From positions 253,056-317,055 of the forward strand of contig NMRA01000120.1 in the NCBI GenBank assembly GCA_002633005.1: 64,000 nt of DNA, written 5' to 3'. Source of the DNA: Phoronis australis. Its lineage: Eukaryota > Animalia > Phoronida. Under the pieces are notes generated by a model that did not search any database, was not told the DNA's origin, and was given only the letters and a program-made list of their open reading frames with translations. Positions 48,501-62,693 of this stretch are shown piece after piece; positions within the stretch are counted from its first letter, which is position 1; every line of letters starts with the position of its first letter. Both the position numbers and the translations under genes were made by a program.

Positions 48501-49611
48501 TAGTAACTTTCAGATTAAGTTCGTATTTCTTCCACTAGGTGTCATTTTACATTTTTACTATTTGCAACACATCAGTCTACAATAGTGAAACGTGTAATGT
48601 GAGTGTATTATTGTTAAATACAATCATATTGATGAGACCTGGTTACTTGCTTTGCAAAAAAGGTAGGAAGAGTGTTATTTTTACAAATTTAAGTTCACTA
48701 AGTTCTTTGATAGCTACAACATAACTTCAAACCCAAATTTCTAACAAAACGTGCAACTTTATATGCGGAAACTTTATTAGATTTTGAAAACACACTAGTA
48801 AATGAATTAAAAAGCACTAAAATAAAACTGCCCCCCTAAAGTACTCACAAAAAATTATAGAGTCCCTACAAAACTTGGCCCACCGCCTACCCGAAGTGCA
48901 GCCAGAAGTGGAGTTCTGAAGGGTTTTAGAGTTGGGGAACTTATCTCTGGGCGCGTTTGCTTATGAAGAGAAAGAGTTTTGGGGTCTTGCCCGAAGAAAT
49001 CTTGTCGTTTTAGGATGAGAGTTGACATGCATTTTGACACATTCTGGAACACTATTCTAAGGTTAAACGTTTCCCGTTTGACTGGCTTAAGACAAGGCTT
49101 AGACAAAAAATTCTCTTCTATAGATTATTGGATATAATTAAACAAACGTGGTTTGCCATGATTACAGCTTATTTGAAACGGAATTTCATGTTGAGAAACA
49201 CCTCGTTGTGCTTGACAGGTATCATAGAATAACTTATTGAAAAGTTAGATTTTAATCTTTTGGCAACGTGTGAACATAAGCGGGTCAGTTGGCCTTTCAG
49301 CAGAATACCACCGGTGTAGTTATTTGTGAAACATGACTGTTATTGGTGACAAGTATCTGTGTCATTCTATTGCTCCATTGTCGTGCAGACAGACCATCGT
49401 GTAAAACAGAATGCGTCTGTCTCATTGGATCAGATTAATAATGTTGGCTAACTCAAACGTCTTGTACACTTTCTCACAAACACCACGAGTTATCATAAGT
49501 CCCGTTTAGATATCCACTTTTGGCCCGGCGCAACTGACACGGAGCAAATTGACCCGTGCCAAGCGGCCGTTTACACACACAACTCACTAACCGTGGCAAG
49601 ACGGAAATTAA

Positions 49612-49976
49612 AGGCTGGAGAGACTGGATCTCACATGCGCAGGTTTACAAATGACGAGAGTTGCAGAGACAAAGAACCCGTACGTAGGTCATTGCACTAG
49701 CTCAATAGCGGATTTGCAGCGACGCCATATTGAAATTAGGTTAAAATGGTGCATTGTGGGTGCTGTGGTCAGGATTCCAAAAGCGGCCATAGTAACAAGC
49801 ATAACACGCGGTATGAGCGCGAAGAAAACTTACGGCGGTTACACTTGTTGTGTTCCTGGCTGCTTCAAAAACAACAAGAGAGATAAAAATCTGAGTTTTT
49901 ATGTGTTCCCTGCAAACCAAGAACTTCGTGAAAAATGGATAAAGAACATTGGGAGAGCTGGGAGTAATTCCTGTCT
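49612..49976 (+). mobile_element. Truncated THAP-domain element bounded by TTAA (Kolobok-like deletion derivative?)
   Basis: ATG at 49813 gives MSAKKTYGGYTCCVPGCFKNNKRDKNLSFYVFPANQELREKWIKNIGR, the THAP N-terminal half without the final C..H. TTAA at 49608-49611 and 49977-49980; weak TIR AGGCTGGAG / TTCCTGTCT. Confidence 0.6.
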
Positions 49977-52900
49977 TTAACTTGCCAGATTGACGCCAAT
50001 GATGCATTGCCAGGTAAGAGAACGAGAATTGGTTGAAATCATCAAAACAGGGTATGGCATCCTTCTACATATTGCCATTGTAGCCCATTTTGGTGGTTTT
50101 ACATACAATCACTTTCATTATCTTTCTTAGTAAAAATATTAAGACCCAAGATTCTTCATGTGATCTGTACGTCATTATACATTGCGGTATATTGTAGTAC
50201 AATTTCAAATTGTAGGTCTGTTTCTAAGTATTCGAGTTAACTTGTTGTATAAAAAACCAGTACACGCACAATAATTGGTAAAGTTGTTTTTTCATTTTTC
50301 CTAGTTTGTAATCAGTCATTGTTTCCGTCCAATGTATTAGGGTATAATCAATGTGTCTATTAATTCTACCACTGTAACTGTACGTTATTGTTTCGTTAGG
50401 CAAGTCGTATTATATTATGTTCATGAGTATTTACTCTGTCCCCAGTTGGGGGTCGTAGTTTTAATAAACTGTTGATGTAACTGTTACGGTCCTGTTGTGT
50501 CTATAAATTACATAGAATGGGATTGGCCAACCTCAATAAACTCTCATTAAACGTTTTCTAGTATTGCTGATAAGTTCGATGTTTTTGTTGGTAACGAAAA
50601 TGAAATCCCATCACGGTAAAAAATATTATGAGACCGATATTATGAGAGTAAACTGTCAAATTCTACTTTCGTTTTCAGCAAGATCAACACGGCGAAACCC
50701 AGCTTTAATTTTTGATTTCCGAGTCGCGTTCATTCAGCTTTTGAAAAGATTTACGTACGGGTAGGATATGTTTTAATGGGTAATGCGTTGTGAATTCATT
50801 TTGTAGTTGTTCGCAACTTTTGTTATGGCACGATTACTTTCTTTCTCTGTTATTTTATTGCATGCACTAGAAATATTTACTTTTGGTTTAATTACCACGT
50901 GTAAATACCAATAATTGTTAACGGATGTACGATTTAAATGTCATTGTAGAGATATATGACTGTTAGAGCACAGTTTGTCGGTAATGACGTTGTGTACCTT
51001 TATACACTGATTTGTTTGTTACAGATAATCGAGTAAAGTGGTAAAAATACAACCTGTGAAGCCTCAGTAGGCTACCTACACGCGCGCGACACCTTCCTCC
51101 GAGCATTAAGCTGTTTTGCGCCGAGATTTTCCAAAATTGGCTAGATGGCGAGCTGTCCCCCAGTTCATGAAGGAAAGCAACCAAAGAGAGCGTGGAGGTA
51201 AAACTGATGTCGGTGGGTAAAATGGTGTCGACGGGGGAGGGAGTTGTATGGGCAGAGGAATATCAGGTGCCGCCTGAAGGTACGTGGTAAAACTAATGTC
51301 CGACCTCAGGCCGAAACAGGGTGATGGCAGAGGGGGCGGTGGCCGGGCAAATTAGTGTCGAGCGGGTGGGGGTTGTTGCAGTAAAATTTGTCTTGCTCCT
51401 CAATAAAGGAAACCTTCATACACCTATTGGGGCTTTCGCTGTGTGAGCTCTCATGATTGTGCTGACGGTATGAGAGTACTGGTCCAACAGCTTGTCCCTA
51501 GAGATCGTTTTCGAAACAATTCTGCAATGCTCTGTCGCAGTCAAACGACACGGTCGAAGTAGTCAATAAGTCTAGATTTAGTACAGACGACTGCAAACTA
51601 ATTGCACTGCTGCTTAGTTAGAAAGTGCATTATTTTTAATTGTATTACTACATGTATTGCATGGTATTACTCAGTTGCTAGGGAAGCAGCATGCCAGTCC
51701 ACAGGCTTATTTATGGTCTTATTTTATCAGCCTCCTGTTTAGGAGAGCGGCGTGATTCGAATCTCAATAAAATAAAGAAACAAAAATACAGTGAGACGAA
51801 TTAGGACTTTAGAAAATATTACAATGAAACAAATGCTCGCTCTAATCGCAATTTAGACAAAATCTACAGGAGTGGTGCCGGTGGGTGTACTTTGTCCCAT
51901 GTTGCAAAGACGCTCACTCAGGGTCCACAGAAAAACGATCCTTATTTTTTGATGAAATCTTGTCATTTTCGTGAAAACTTTGATGAGCTTGAGAACTTGA
52001 TGTTCGAACAATGGGATACTACGCTGCCATGCTAAGATGTATTTTGTGGACACAAAGACGCACTTCTAGGACTCTTTGATATAAATTTAATTCATGGGTG
52101 TGCCACACCTATAGAAACATCTAGCTCCTTCAATAATCTAGACTTCGGCGATTAACCTCAACTGTTTCGTAAGCATATGAAATAACCGATATTTTCGCAC
52201 TTTTAGTTGTGTAAAATTGACCACGATAATAGAGCTGGACAAAAATTTTAGTAATACACATTTCCAGGTCAACCTTTCCCTGTTTTAGACTTTTACCCAG
52301 TACACAATAGTCAGTCTTACGTGACTTTTACGTGAACTTGCATAGTCACGTGATCGTTTGACGTTCCCAATCATGCTCTGTTAGTGACACGTGCTAGTGT
52401 TCACACAATTTGACACTAGCTTAATAACCAGAGTTGAATTTTCTGGTAACAGATTAAAAAATGTACGCTTCGGTTCAACCTCAGGAGATCACATTCAGAT
52501 CCCGTGGTTTAGCGTCCGCACCCGGGCCTACTGTATGACTATGACCTTGCTGTGAAAGAAGCGGGGCATTGCACATACGATCGCATGCCACTCTATAGCG
52601 TGGACGAACGCAATGCACGCGTTCTCAAAAAGAATACGCTATGTCGAGCAGGGTTGCGTTGTCTCGAAAATACCGGGGTAGAGTCTCGTGTGATCACGTG
52701 CCTCGCTAGGAATACTGTGACATGGCTATATCTCGCGATGTCTTCCGAGCTCTTGCATTTCTTGCAAGAAGCTAAGCCGAAGGAGCGCACGCCAGTTGCA
52801 ATTTTTGTGTTAAAGGCGCCATTTATTATTACAGGAATGTTAATTGAAGATAAATAAGAGGGCTGCTAGAAGAAGAGATACAAAAAATGACGCCATTCAG

Positions 52901-54958
52901 TAGTTAATTGTGAAGGTGAGCGGTAAAAATTTTAAACGCGCAGCTTGTTGTACTCTCTGTAAGCGAGATGGGCACGCACCTATAGCTACATGTAAGGTCA
53001 CTGGTCTTTGCTCAATTTCAATGCAGAATAGGACTGTAAGAGCGATTTAGATCGAAGGCCAGAAAAATTTCCTTGGTGAGCGAGATGGGCACTCCGCCGA
53101 GATCTATTTAGGTCGGTCATTCTTTGCAGTAAGTTTCAGCTACAGCCGCAAGAACCCAAACGACACAAACACCAGCTTTCGTAAGCGGGAGAGACAGGTA
53201 CCGATGGCGACTGGTCATTCTTCGACATTTGTCCAGAATTGTATTATTATTTTGCAAGCGGGATTGCCAGGCGTGCAAAAGTTCGACTGGCGAACGCGCC
53301 ATTGGAAAGTCGAATGCTCTTAGCTTCAGGTACCTAAATGCTGCATTGATTTAAATTATACCTGCCATCTTGACATTAACGGGTGTTTGAGGAAAGCCTA
53401 CGCAAGGAAACAACTCCCAGAAATCTCAATGTTGGCAAAAATAAAACTGATTTCAGAACAACATTTTGTTTCGTCTTGTCTAAGTGGTACTTTTATACCG
53501 GGGAAATCTCTGCAATAAGTGTTATTAGTGCAAAAAGACCAAGACATTCTAAATGACATTTTGATTGGAAATCGAAAGTCATGGCGGTCAAGTTTCAAAA
53601 GTTTCCTATATTTTAACTTTCAAAAGAGAATGCAGCGAATCAAATCGACGAAAACTTTTGATAAGTTTATAACTATTATGTTGAAGATGAAAGTAATGTT
53701 TTAGTTCACTCTGGGACATATGTTTAATAGCCGTTTTAAAAATGTGAAACTTGCTGCAGAATAAAACATCAAGGGCGTACCTTGTGCAGTGTCTAGTCCT
53801 TTACCTAAAGGTGTAATTCAAACTAAAAACCAGATAGAGCTCGGTATATGTGGTAAAATTCGTAGGCGTATTAGTCCAGGTGGATTCAAGAAATAATTGT
53901 ACGTCCAGGAAATTCGGTCGTGCTAAAAAGATTTAAAAAACGGGCAGCGTAGCATCCACGGGAAAAAATACGGGGGAAAACTGCAAAAGCAGCGTCGACA
54001 GCAAAATATTATAAGAGGGGTAAATTTAGACTAGAATGAGAACTTTTGTTACCGAACTATTTACGTGAGTCGGCCGATATATTTTCCTGACAATTTTCCA
54101 AAATCACAAACATTCTGTGCAAAGTACCACAGCATTTACACATGGGGCCCAAACAATGAGCCAAGAAAGTGAGACTAACTTTGGATTGAAACCATGCGGC
54201 TCATTGACCGCAAACGGAAGGATGAAAGTGACAAACTTCAAGATGACTTGTGAAGTACACGTAGACAATATAATGTCAATATTTTCGCCCTAACAATAGT
54301 GCTTAATTTGAAGATGAATGTTAAGAAAATGTCTGACGAGTTGACTTTTCTTGCGTCACTCGTGTGAGGAGCCACGGGCGGATTTAGAGGGACCAGCTCC
54401 CATCCCTCCGGAAACCATTAAAAATAACGCCACCGAGACGCATTTTAGGTTACGTGAACAGTGTTCTTTGAAAAGTGTGATTGCCCCCCCCCCCCCTGNT
54501 GCGTCTACTTTGATCAGTCAGTGCGATGAGAGCAGTACACAACGAGAGAGACTCTTTGAGGATTCTCTGTAAACTCTACGGATCTCGAAAACTGCCAGTT
54601 GCAAACGAATATTTCACAGTCAGGGAATTTGTTCATGCTGCCAGTTCATCACACATACTACCTGTTCTCTAGTAACGAACTGCCAGTTCAGTTCATGCCC
54701 TGAGATCACACGTTTTGACTAAGGCATAATTTTAGACCAGTTTCATAACGGTGAGTGGTACAAATAAAAATTATTTTTGTGACGTGAGGCTGATTCATAA
54801 CCGCCTTAATGCCTCATTCGACGCCATCTTTGAAGACCATTGTTTTGGTTAATGTTTTAGGTGGAACCCTTTGTTTCGTTTTTATATTTTCGTTTTATAT
54901 TTTTATAAGACGGGGAGTTAGCCTGCCTAGCTACATACAACAAAACAATGTAGTCAGA

Positions 54959-56130
54959 TCGATAGACCGGCAGCCCAGAGCACTTAGCAAAGATGTACCA
55001 ACAGCTGAACATAGGAGCACTTAGAGTCCACCTCGGTATATATGAAAATGGACGTCTGCCACTGTCTCGCTCTGGGTGTGACACCTGGGGACTTTACAAG
55101 GGGGCCATTGTAGGTTAGATATTCGATTTAAAACGGACAATAGTACCGCACTGAACACCGAATGACCCATGACAGACAAATTGCATTCTGGCATTGGTCC
55201 GGCAGAAACCAAAAAATACCCCCAAATGAGCTCATACGTTCGAGGTACCACAAAAACTAATTCCATATGATCCAATACACGTCACTGATCACTAAATGCC
55301 CCATGACAGACAAAATACACTCTGGATTGTGCTCGCCAGAAACCTTCAAAAATGTCAACAACGGTATGCCATTGAAAATTTGAGTCAAAACTGATTCAAA
55401 AGGAACGATAGTACCGCACTGAACACCGAATGACCATGACTGACAAATTGAACTAAGGAAAGGGTCCGCCAGAAACTCAAAAAGGACTCCAAAAATAAGC
55501 TACCTCATACATTCACACGGAATTGCTTTTATGTACCTTGAATGTATGAGCTAGCTCATTTTTAATGGGGTCCGTTTTGGATTTCTGGCGCACCCTTTAC
55601 GTCCAGAGTGCAATTTGTCTGTCATAGGTCATAGTTCAGTGCGTTACAATTGTTCGTTTTGATACCTCGAATATCTAATCTAGCTCAAATTTTCAATGGC
55701 ATACGGTGGTTGACATTTTTAGGGGTTTCTGGCAGGCACAACCCAGAGTTCATTTTGTCTGTTATGCGACATTTAGTGATCAGTGACATGTATTGAATCA
55801 CATGGAATTGTTTGTTGTGGTACCTCGAATGTATGAGCTAGTTCATTTTTTGGGGTCCTTTTTGGTTTCTGCCGGACCCATTCCAGAGTGGAATTTGTCT
55901 GTCATGGGTTATTCGGTGTTCAGTGCGGCTGCCCGTTTGAAATCCGTTTTGGTCGGTTCTTCAAATATCCAATCTAGTTCATTTTTGGCCCCCTTGTAAG
56001 GTCCCTAGGGGTCACACCCAGAGTGCAGTTGTCCATTTCTGTATACATTGAGGTGGACTCTAAGTGCTCCTATGATCAGATGTTGGTACTTCGTTCATGT
56101 ATGCTAATTGCCCTGGACTGTCAGTCCACG
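54959..56130. repeat. ~1.17-kb diverged palindrome (foldback-type element)
   Basis: CATAGGAGCACTTAGAGTCCACCTC (55010-55034) pairs with GAGGTGGACTCTAAGTGCTCCTATG (~56050-56074). The arms align throughout, the centre is ~55525, and internal CATGACAGACAAA subrepeats are present. Confidence 0.9.
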
Positions 56131-57959
56131 AATGGAGCTCATTGGTCACAGCAGCGGCAAGATTCACTGCAGCTAACATAATTTATTCCGGCTTGACCTC
56201 ATAAACATTGCGTGAGTCTTTGAAGATATTATAACTTTCCGGTTCCTTTTGCTTGAAAATTCCAAAAAAAGTAAGTTGACCACAAACCAATCCCGTCAAA
56301 ATTTATTCCCAAATGGTCCTCTTATATGTGATAAAACTATCTTTTGAATTTCTGGTAGTGCACGTGTCAGATTGGCCCTCGTAATTGAACGCCAATGAAT
56401 TTCACTTTTTATGAACTGCAAGTATAAAAACGCAATATTGCTAAATGCTCATAGTTGAGTGATGTCTTCAAATTGATGAGACTTCTGTTTTCTAAATTAG
56501 AAAAAATAGAGAAAAGAACAGTCTTTAAAAGTGACATTAGTTACCTACAGGGTGGCAGAAATTTAGTAGTTGATAAGCATGGTTGTTACACGCTCGTTAC
56601 TCGGTTTCATTAATTCGCTGTTACCAATGTTTGCTTGGTAAAATCCATTGGTAAACATGTTGCTACAAAACACAAACCTTTCCCCCATTCACGCGTTTAG
56701 ACGTGCAGTGTTAGTGACGGCCGGACACCTTGATACGACATAAAATTCAATCTCGGCTAATGATTTGCTCACTTTACACGAAAGCAACACGGATGTGACT
56801 AGCAATGAAATGCTGCTGAATTTTCTTCACGCAGGCAGGACAGGCATGTCTATTGCTTTGATGTCTATGGTGAAGTGTAATTTCATTTTCGGGTGGCCTA
56901 ATTTTAAGGTCCCTAGTCGTCTTTACAGAATACGATTATTTTCTGGGTCTAAATGCGTGGTCACTGTCTTGCTATTCTGAGTTAACATTAATTTAATAAA
57001 ACCCATAGAAATTGATTTTCTGGCAATTGCACTGACCACGTGATCCGGTAATGAAACCACGCCGTCTCTCACGGTATGTAGTGCTGAATATGCCGCATTG
57101 TTTCTGCGGAAACTTCGAAAGCACGGAATTGGTAGATACATGGCAAAAATTCTCTGAGATCGGAATTATTCAGCCATGATCATCATTTCATTCCTTCCAC
57201 ACCACCCACGGGTCTTTCCTGAATACTGAACATAAAACATTTTTCTTGAATTTGCAGTTATTATAGATCCAGACAATTTTCGTGGCTCACAAATCGCACT
57301 AACATTTTTACTAATGAGGTTATGTTCACACAAAGACGATTATTTCCTAACGAGATAATTCTTTTCTCACCCAGCTCCTGTTATAAAAATAAGCGTTTGT
57401 GAGAAAAACTTGCTGTTTGGAGTAACATATTTATGGTTCGTGAAATATGGACTGTCGTGTTAAGGAAAAATGTGGTGCCAAAAAATCAGCTCGCTCAAAA
57501 ATATTAGTTTTAGAAAAGATATTCGGCGCTAGTTTGTGAAGGAGGGAGAGAGTGGCTGGCCCAAACTTAACGCTCCGTTTCTAATCGCTGGGTAGTTTTT
57601 GCTGACAAGTTATTAATTTGCACGTCCACATTGGTGGGAAGACGTAGCTTGACTGCGCATGACTCTCGGGTCGTTATGGATTTCGAACCGGAATTGCGAC
57701 CAACGAACCCTTCGGAAATAGGTTCACGAAGAACTCGTGTTTGCGTCTTGCACATTGACAAAAATTAGAATCCAATTACTATGGAAATGTGTGGTGAAGA
57801 CGCATTCATTGTTGACTGAGCGGTCGCATCAAAATAAGACCTTGGTGAATGTCAATGAGAATATTGTTAATGGTCACATGTACTTAATCACACGCTCAAC
57901 CATAAACTACATTTATATACATTGGGTAGAATAAAAACACGTTCAGGGAATGACCAAAA

Positions 57960-59540
57960 CGAGAACTGATGTTAAATGAATGCAGGACTGCGTCTACTAT
58001 GTTTTCAAAAACCTTTTGCTCGGTTCTGCACAAGCGCACAGCGCAAATAGAGATGCCATTTGCAACGACGTCATTGTGTAACCTCGCTATCGCGTACGCT
58101 TTCTTTCTACATGTTTTCAAACTCATTTATTGCGCATTGGCTTCTGCAAGTTGACGTATGCTAATGTCAGCTGTTAGCAGTTTGTTGCGCTTCGTTGAAC
58201 GTTGCTCTATTTCATTCGGATTCTTGCAACATATTTTGCAACGTTTTTCCGGCCAATTTCCACTGAAGAAGCCTCCAGGAGCTGTTACTCCAACACGCAC
58301 TTGTCCATGGCTTAGCAAAAAATGAACTACAAACACAAGAACCCTGTCAACGTGATATATGGACGTAGGCTACCCGTCTTCAATAATATGAGCTTTCATT
58401 ACGCACATTGCGGTTCGAGGTTTCCCTGAAAAGGCGGCGATGTCGTTCATTCATATTCATTAATCTTTTTCAAATTCATTACAGATACATGTACACATGT
58501 GCCGACTGTTACACGCTGAACAAAGTTAAGAAAACTTGCATCAAAGCTCCGCCGGTTGCTTGTCCGACCGGGTCCAGCGGGGTCGTCTGCCTGCAGCTTT
58601 GGGGTAAAATCCTCGTCACATAAAAGAGATCTCGGCTCGTGTGAAATAATTCAAGTTTTCTAATCAATCGAGGTGCTGCAAGCTGTTCATGTAGTCGTGA
58701 TATACGACGGTGATAATGTTGCTTGAGGCAAATTGCATGCAATTGTTGAATCTGAGTACAAACAAAGGAACAGCGTGTGTACGTATTCTGGAGTCAATGT
58801 AGGAACTTGAAACCAGTCTCAGCAAATCACCAGGGTTCATGCGTTGTTGAATGTTCAGGAGGTAGAAGTTAATTTTCATTTATCGTTTCACTTGGGGGAG
58901 GGGGGAATATTGGGTAGCCTCAACGTTATCCCTCGGAGTTGTTTCATACCTGCATATTTGCGACGTTCAATCATTAGAGTAAGTCGTGTGATTATCAAAA
59001 TGAAGAACGCCGTAGTTTGTATTAGGATATCAGCCATAAACAAGATTTAAGTTGAGAATGACCATATGTAGCCTACAATTTTGCGACCTGCTAGACTGAT
59101 TTTTTTATCCGTCTCTAGATTAACATCGCGAACATGCTCCAAAACCTAACGTATAGGCGTAGATAGGGATATTCCACCCTCCGCTGTTGTAATGAACTGG
59201 ATGACCACGTAAATCTTAATGTTTTAGAAATTATATTAATACGTCTTCAAATGAAATCATGTTGTAACTATCCGCTGTAATATATTACCTTGGTTTCGTT
59301 TCATGAAAGTGACCTAAGACAGAAGTTTGGTCTTGCGCTCGACATAACTGTGTCTGGAAAATAATTTAATATACTTGAGCAAAAATGCAGTTTGTGAGAA
59401 TACATACACATAACAGTTAGTTACTTAAACAATTTCTATGTATTATGACTGTGACGCCCCCACCTGACAAAAACCATTATTCACCAGTTAAGACCAAATT
59501 TCTGTCTTAAGCTTTAAGCCAGTTCCATGAAACGGACCCC
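57960..59540 (-). mobile_element. Possible highly decayed PIF/Harbinger element
   Basis: Fragments resemble HARBI1-type motifs (DNVEATQY ~ GAIDGTH; NFYLLNIQ ~ FHSLNVQ; SSYIDSRI ~ GS.HDSRI) and a Myb/SANT-like segment at ~58310-57960. Harbinger-like end CATGAAACGGACCC at ~59526-59540. Confidence 0.3.
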
Positions 59541-62500
59541 AAAACTTTGACAATATGGACAAGGTACACGATTTTGCAGATGTAGTTTGCACAGAGTATA
59601 CTGACTTCAAATAAAGTAGGTGCTTCTTACACAGGCGCACAGGCTTATTAATGTGTGCACCAATGCGTTATAGCGTGCCTTGAACCTGGAGAAATTTTTT
59701 TCTTGCCAAAATCAGTGAGCAGACACTGAAAGTTTATTCTTATCTCGCTGTCTCAGTCATTAGATCAAAAGTTGTACCTAATACTTCAGTTACCGTGTGC
59801 TTATTGGGGTATATGATAGCTACGACTATGTGACCAGTTTTATCAAAGCCCGTAGTAGACTACGCTCGGTCGTAGTAAAAACGGTCGTAAGCACATTAGT
59901 GCGAAGACCACGCCATGCCTGAGCGAATCGTCGCATTTGACGTTGTAATTAAGTTGGCGATGTTTCAGTGTGTTTTATATCCAGGCTTTGCAGACGTCTA
60001 ATGAAGGTTATGCAAACCAAATTATGACTAGCTAAAAACAAGTCTTACGACTTTTGATGAAACATTCCCTGGTATCGTACGACCGGTAGTAGCTTAGACG
60101 ATTAGGGAAAAGGCGTTGCATTTATGCGTAAAATTACGAAACATTGCACAGACATCAGCGGGGCCGTAGCTGACTTCCAAACTTAACGTCCGCTTTCTCA
60201 AATCAATCTATTGAAATGTCCTGTCAGTAAAAATTCAAGATAAGACAGTTTTATCCAAGCCAAGGCGTGCGAACTGTGTTCAAACTGGACCCTGGTTCGT
60301 ACAAAAAAGCATATAACAAAGGGTTAAATGAAATATCTTCGGCAGTTGGCTTGAGGATCTATATAACAGAATGTTATTGACAAATATCTATCAATTTAAG
60401 CACCGGCACTTGATCAATTTATTCCTGCACACGTCATGTTTTATAATCACACAAATAGAAAAAGCTCCTCACAAATTCCTTCAATATCAAGACTTTATGA
60501 ATGCCACGTTTATCTTTGTAATGGCACATATGCTAGACACAAATTAAAGTGAGCAATCTTAACAGTCGCTTCCGACAACAATTCTGGTAATATATATGTA
60601 TATATATATACATGGCGTGACTACATTTGGACGTAAACAACATTTATTTCTAATAGAAAATCGCATAAATAATAACTGATGTTATAAATTAAGATTATAT
60701 GCCAGTGATGTACAATACTTTCCACTTTGCATGTATAATGAACAGTACCAGAGGCCTCTAAGATCTAACTCGCTGAAAATTGCACAATTTACAATTATTT
60801 TGAACCCAGTACTATAAGTTGTTATTCATTCGTGCAAAAATCTTCTTAATGGAGTTCGACACAATTTTAATTGATCAATGAATTTTTTTAATTTTCATAA
60901 TTTTATATTTTTGTCTTTGCCTGCTACGTGTTTGTAAAAATGGGGAGTCACTGAATCCTGTTTTCCGTTACATCCGCCTAAACAAAGACACATCTGACAA
61001 AAACCATGAAATTCACATTGTTTACTAAAAGCCACCTTTAATTGATTTAAGGAATGAAATCTATTTGAAATGGGATTGAATTCATTGTACGATTTCAGTG
61101 TAATGTTTTGGCGATTTTAATCATATTTCCGGCCTTACTCATTTTCCTTCGTCGGCGTAGGTTCTTTTTTTCTGCAACTGGTATCGTTTTGGCTTCTACA
61201 TAGAAATTTACACTGTTTAATCTTTCTTTTACGTTTTATTTTGATGCCCATTGCATTTTCTGTGAAGCAAGTAGTTAAAAATTGCGTGTCACCAACTTCG
61301 CGTCACATTAGAATGTACAATTTGACCCTCTCAACAGCGCGCCAATTTCACGGTTACTTGGCTACATTTCACGAGATGGCGTTTATGTCATGTTGTTGGG
61401 ATTGTGAAATAAGATAAGACGATGCGAAAATTTTGAGACAAGAAGTTTCTTCTTTAATAAATTCAAAATTACAGTTCAAATTAAGTCACATCTTATGTCT
61501 ACACTTGTGTTTGCCTAATGTTTAGTATGACGTCATTATGAAATTTGATGAGGCGCACTGTTATCAAACGCCAAAATAACAGTAAGTTCAACGAAAAATC
61601 AAACCAAATTTGAAATAAAAAATCAAAAGATTGATAAGTTACTCAATGTCGTAAAACAACGACTGCTTTAAGGCTTGTGGTAAACTGTGTCGATCCCCCT
61701 TAAACAACTGTCGAACTCACTTCGGTTTTGGCCTCACAAGATATTCATTTGAATTGCACACATTGTGTTTTAAAGATACAGACATACAATTCTTCTTTTG
61801 TGCCAAAAATCCTCTATAGAAAAATCCCAAACACAACATTACCTCGATTTAGGGATAATACTGTAACATTCGACAGAAAAGACTATTCTTTAAGATATGC
61901 ACAGAGTGTGATCCAAACACAGATTCAATGAGACATAACTGACTCTGGTATGCACCTAACGGTCGTGCGTTCTGAGATCATAGAAAAAAAACGGGATGAT
62001 TATTTGCACTAGGTCACTAATTTGGAACACGTCGCTAATTTTGGCTTCCTTACTTGGACTCACGGAGTTCTCGGGATTATACGTGAAGAATAACAAGAAC
62101 ACGTGCATTTCCAGTTCCTCACACAGGCTCAGAGAGACGGACTGTGGGAAATGTGCTCATAACTAATATTTCGTAGGCTACGGTAAAGTTCCTCCAAACT
62201 CGAGCCAAAGAATTACCGTAATCGCACTTTTTGAAACTTCAGTACATTGCAAAAACGCTCAAAATGTTACCAACCAAATAAATGGTTAGGAAAACTTATA
62301 ATCATTTCATTTTCGTCCAAAAGCAATTTTAATAAACTTTTAGTGTTCTGTGAATTCTAAGATTTTGCTAGATGTAGCACCTGGACGACTCCTCATATTT
62401 CGCCATGCGTAATAGCAAATGCAAATACACAAGTCTTGAGAACACATAAGTCAACAAAGTTAAACGCTTTCAAAATTGATTCTAACTTGAAGAGGGCTTG

Positions 62501-62693
62501 GGAGACCTTTGGCACTTTCGGACTTGAGAATTTGCGACTCATCTATGCTTGGTTTTAAAAGGGAAGCCATTATCCCACCACAATTTGATAGCGGCTCACG
62601 GTGTTTGTGTCACTCAGAGCTACGTTCGAATCAACAGATACAAAATTATTGACTTTGGCTTTTAAGTATAACGTATACTTTTCGATCACACCG

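Noticed and set aside
51195-51395. CRISPR-like repeat-spacer pattern
   Set aside because: Repeats are short and diverged with irregular spacing, there are no cas genes, and the context is eukaryotic.
55021-55999. Paralogous ORF pair 55021..55275 (-) and 55793..55999 (+)
   Set aside because: The similarity comes from the palindrome arms, and the frames are not conserved throughout.
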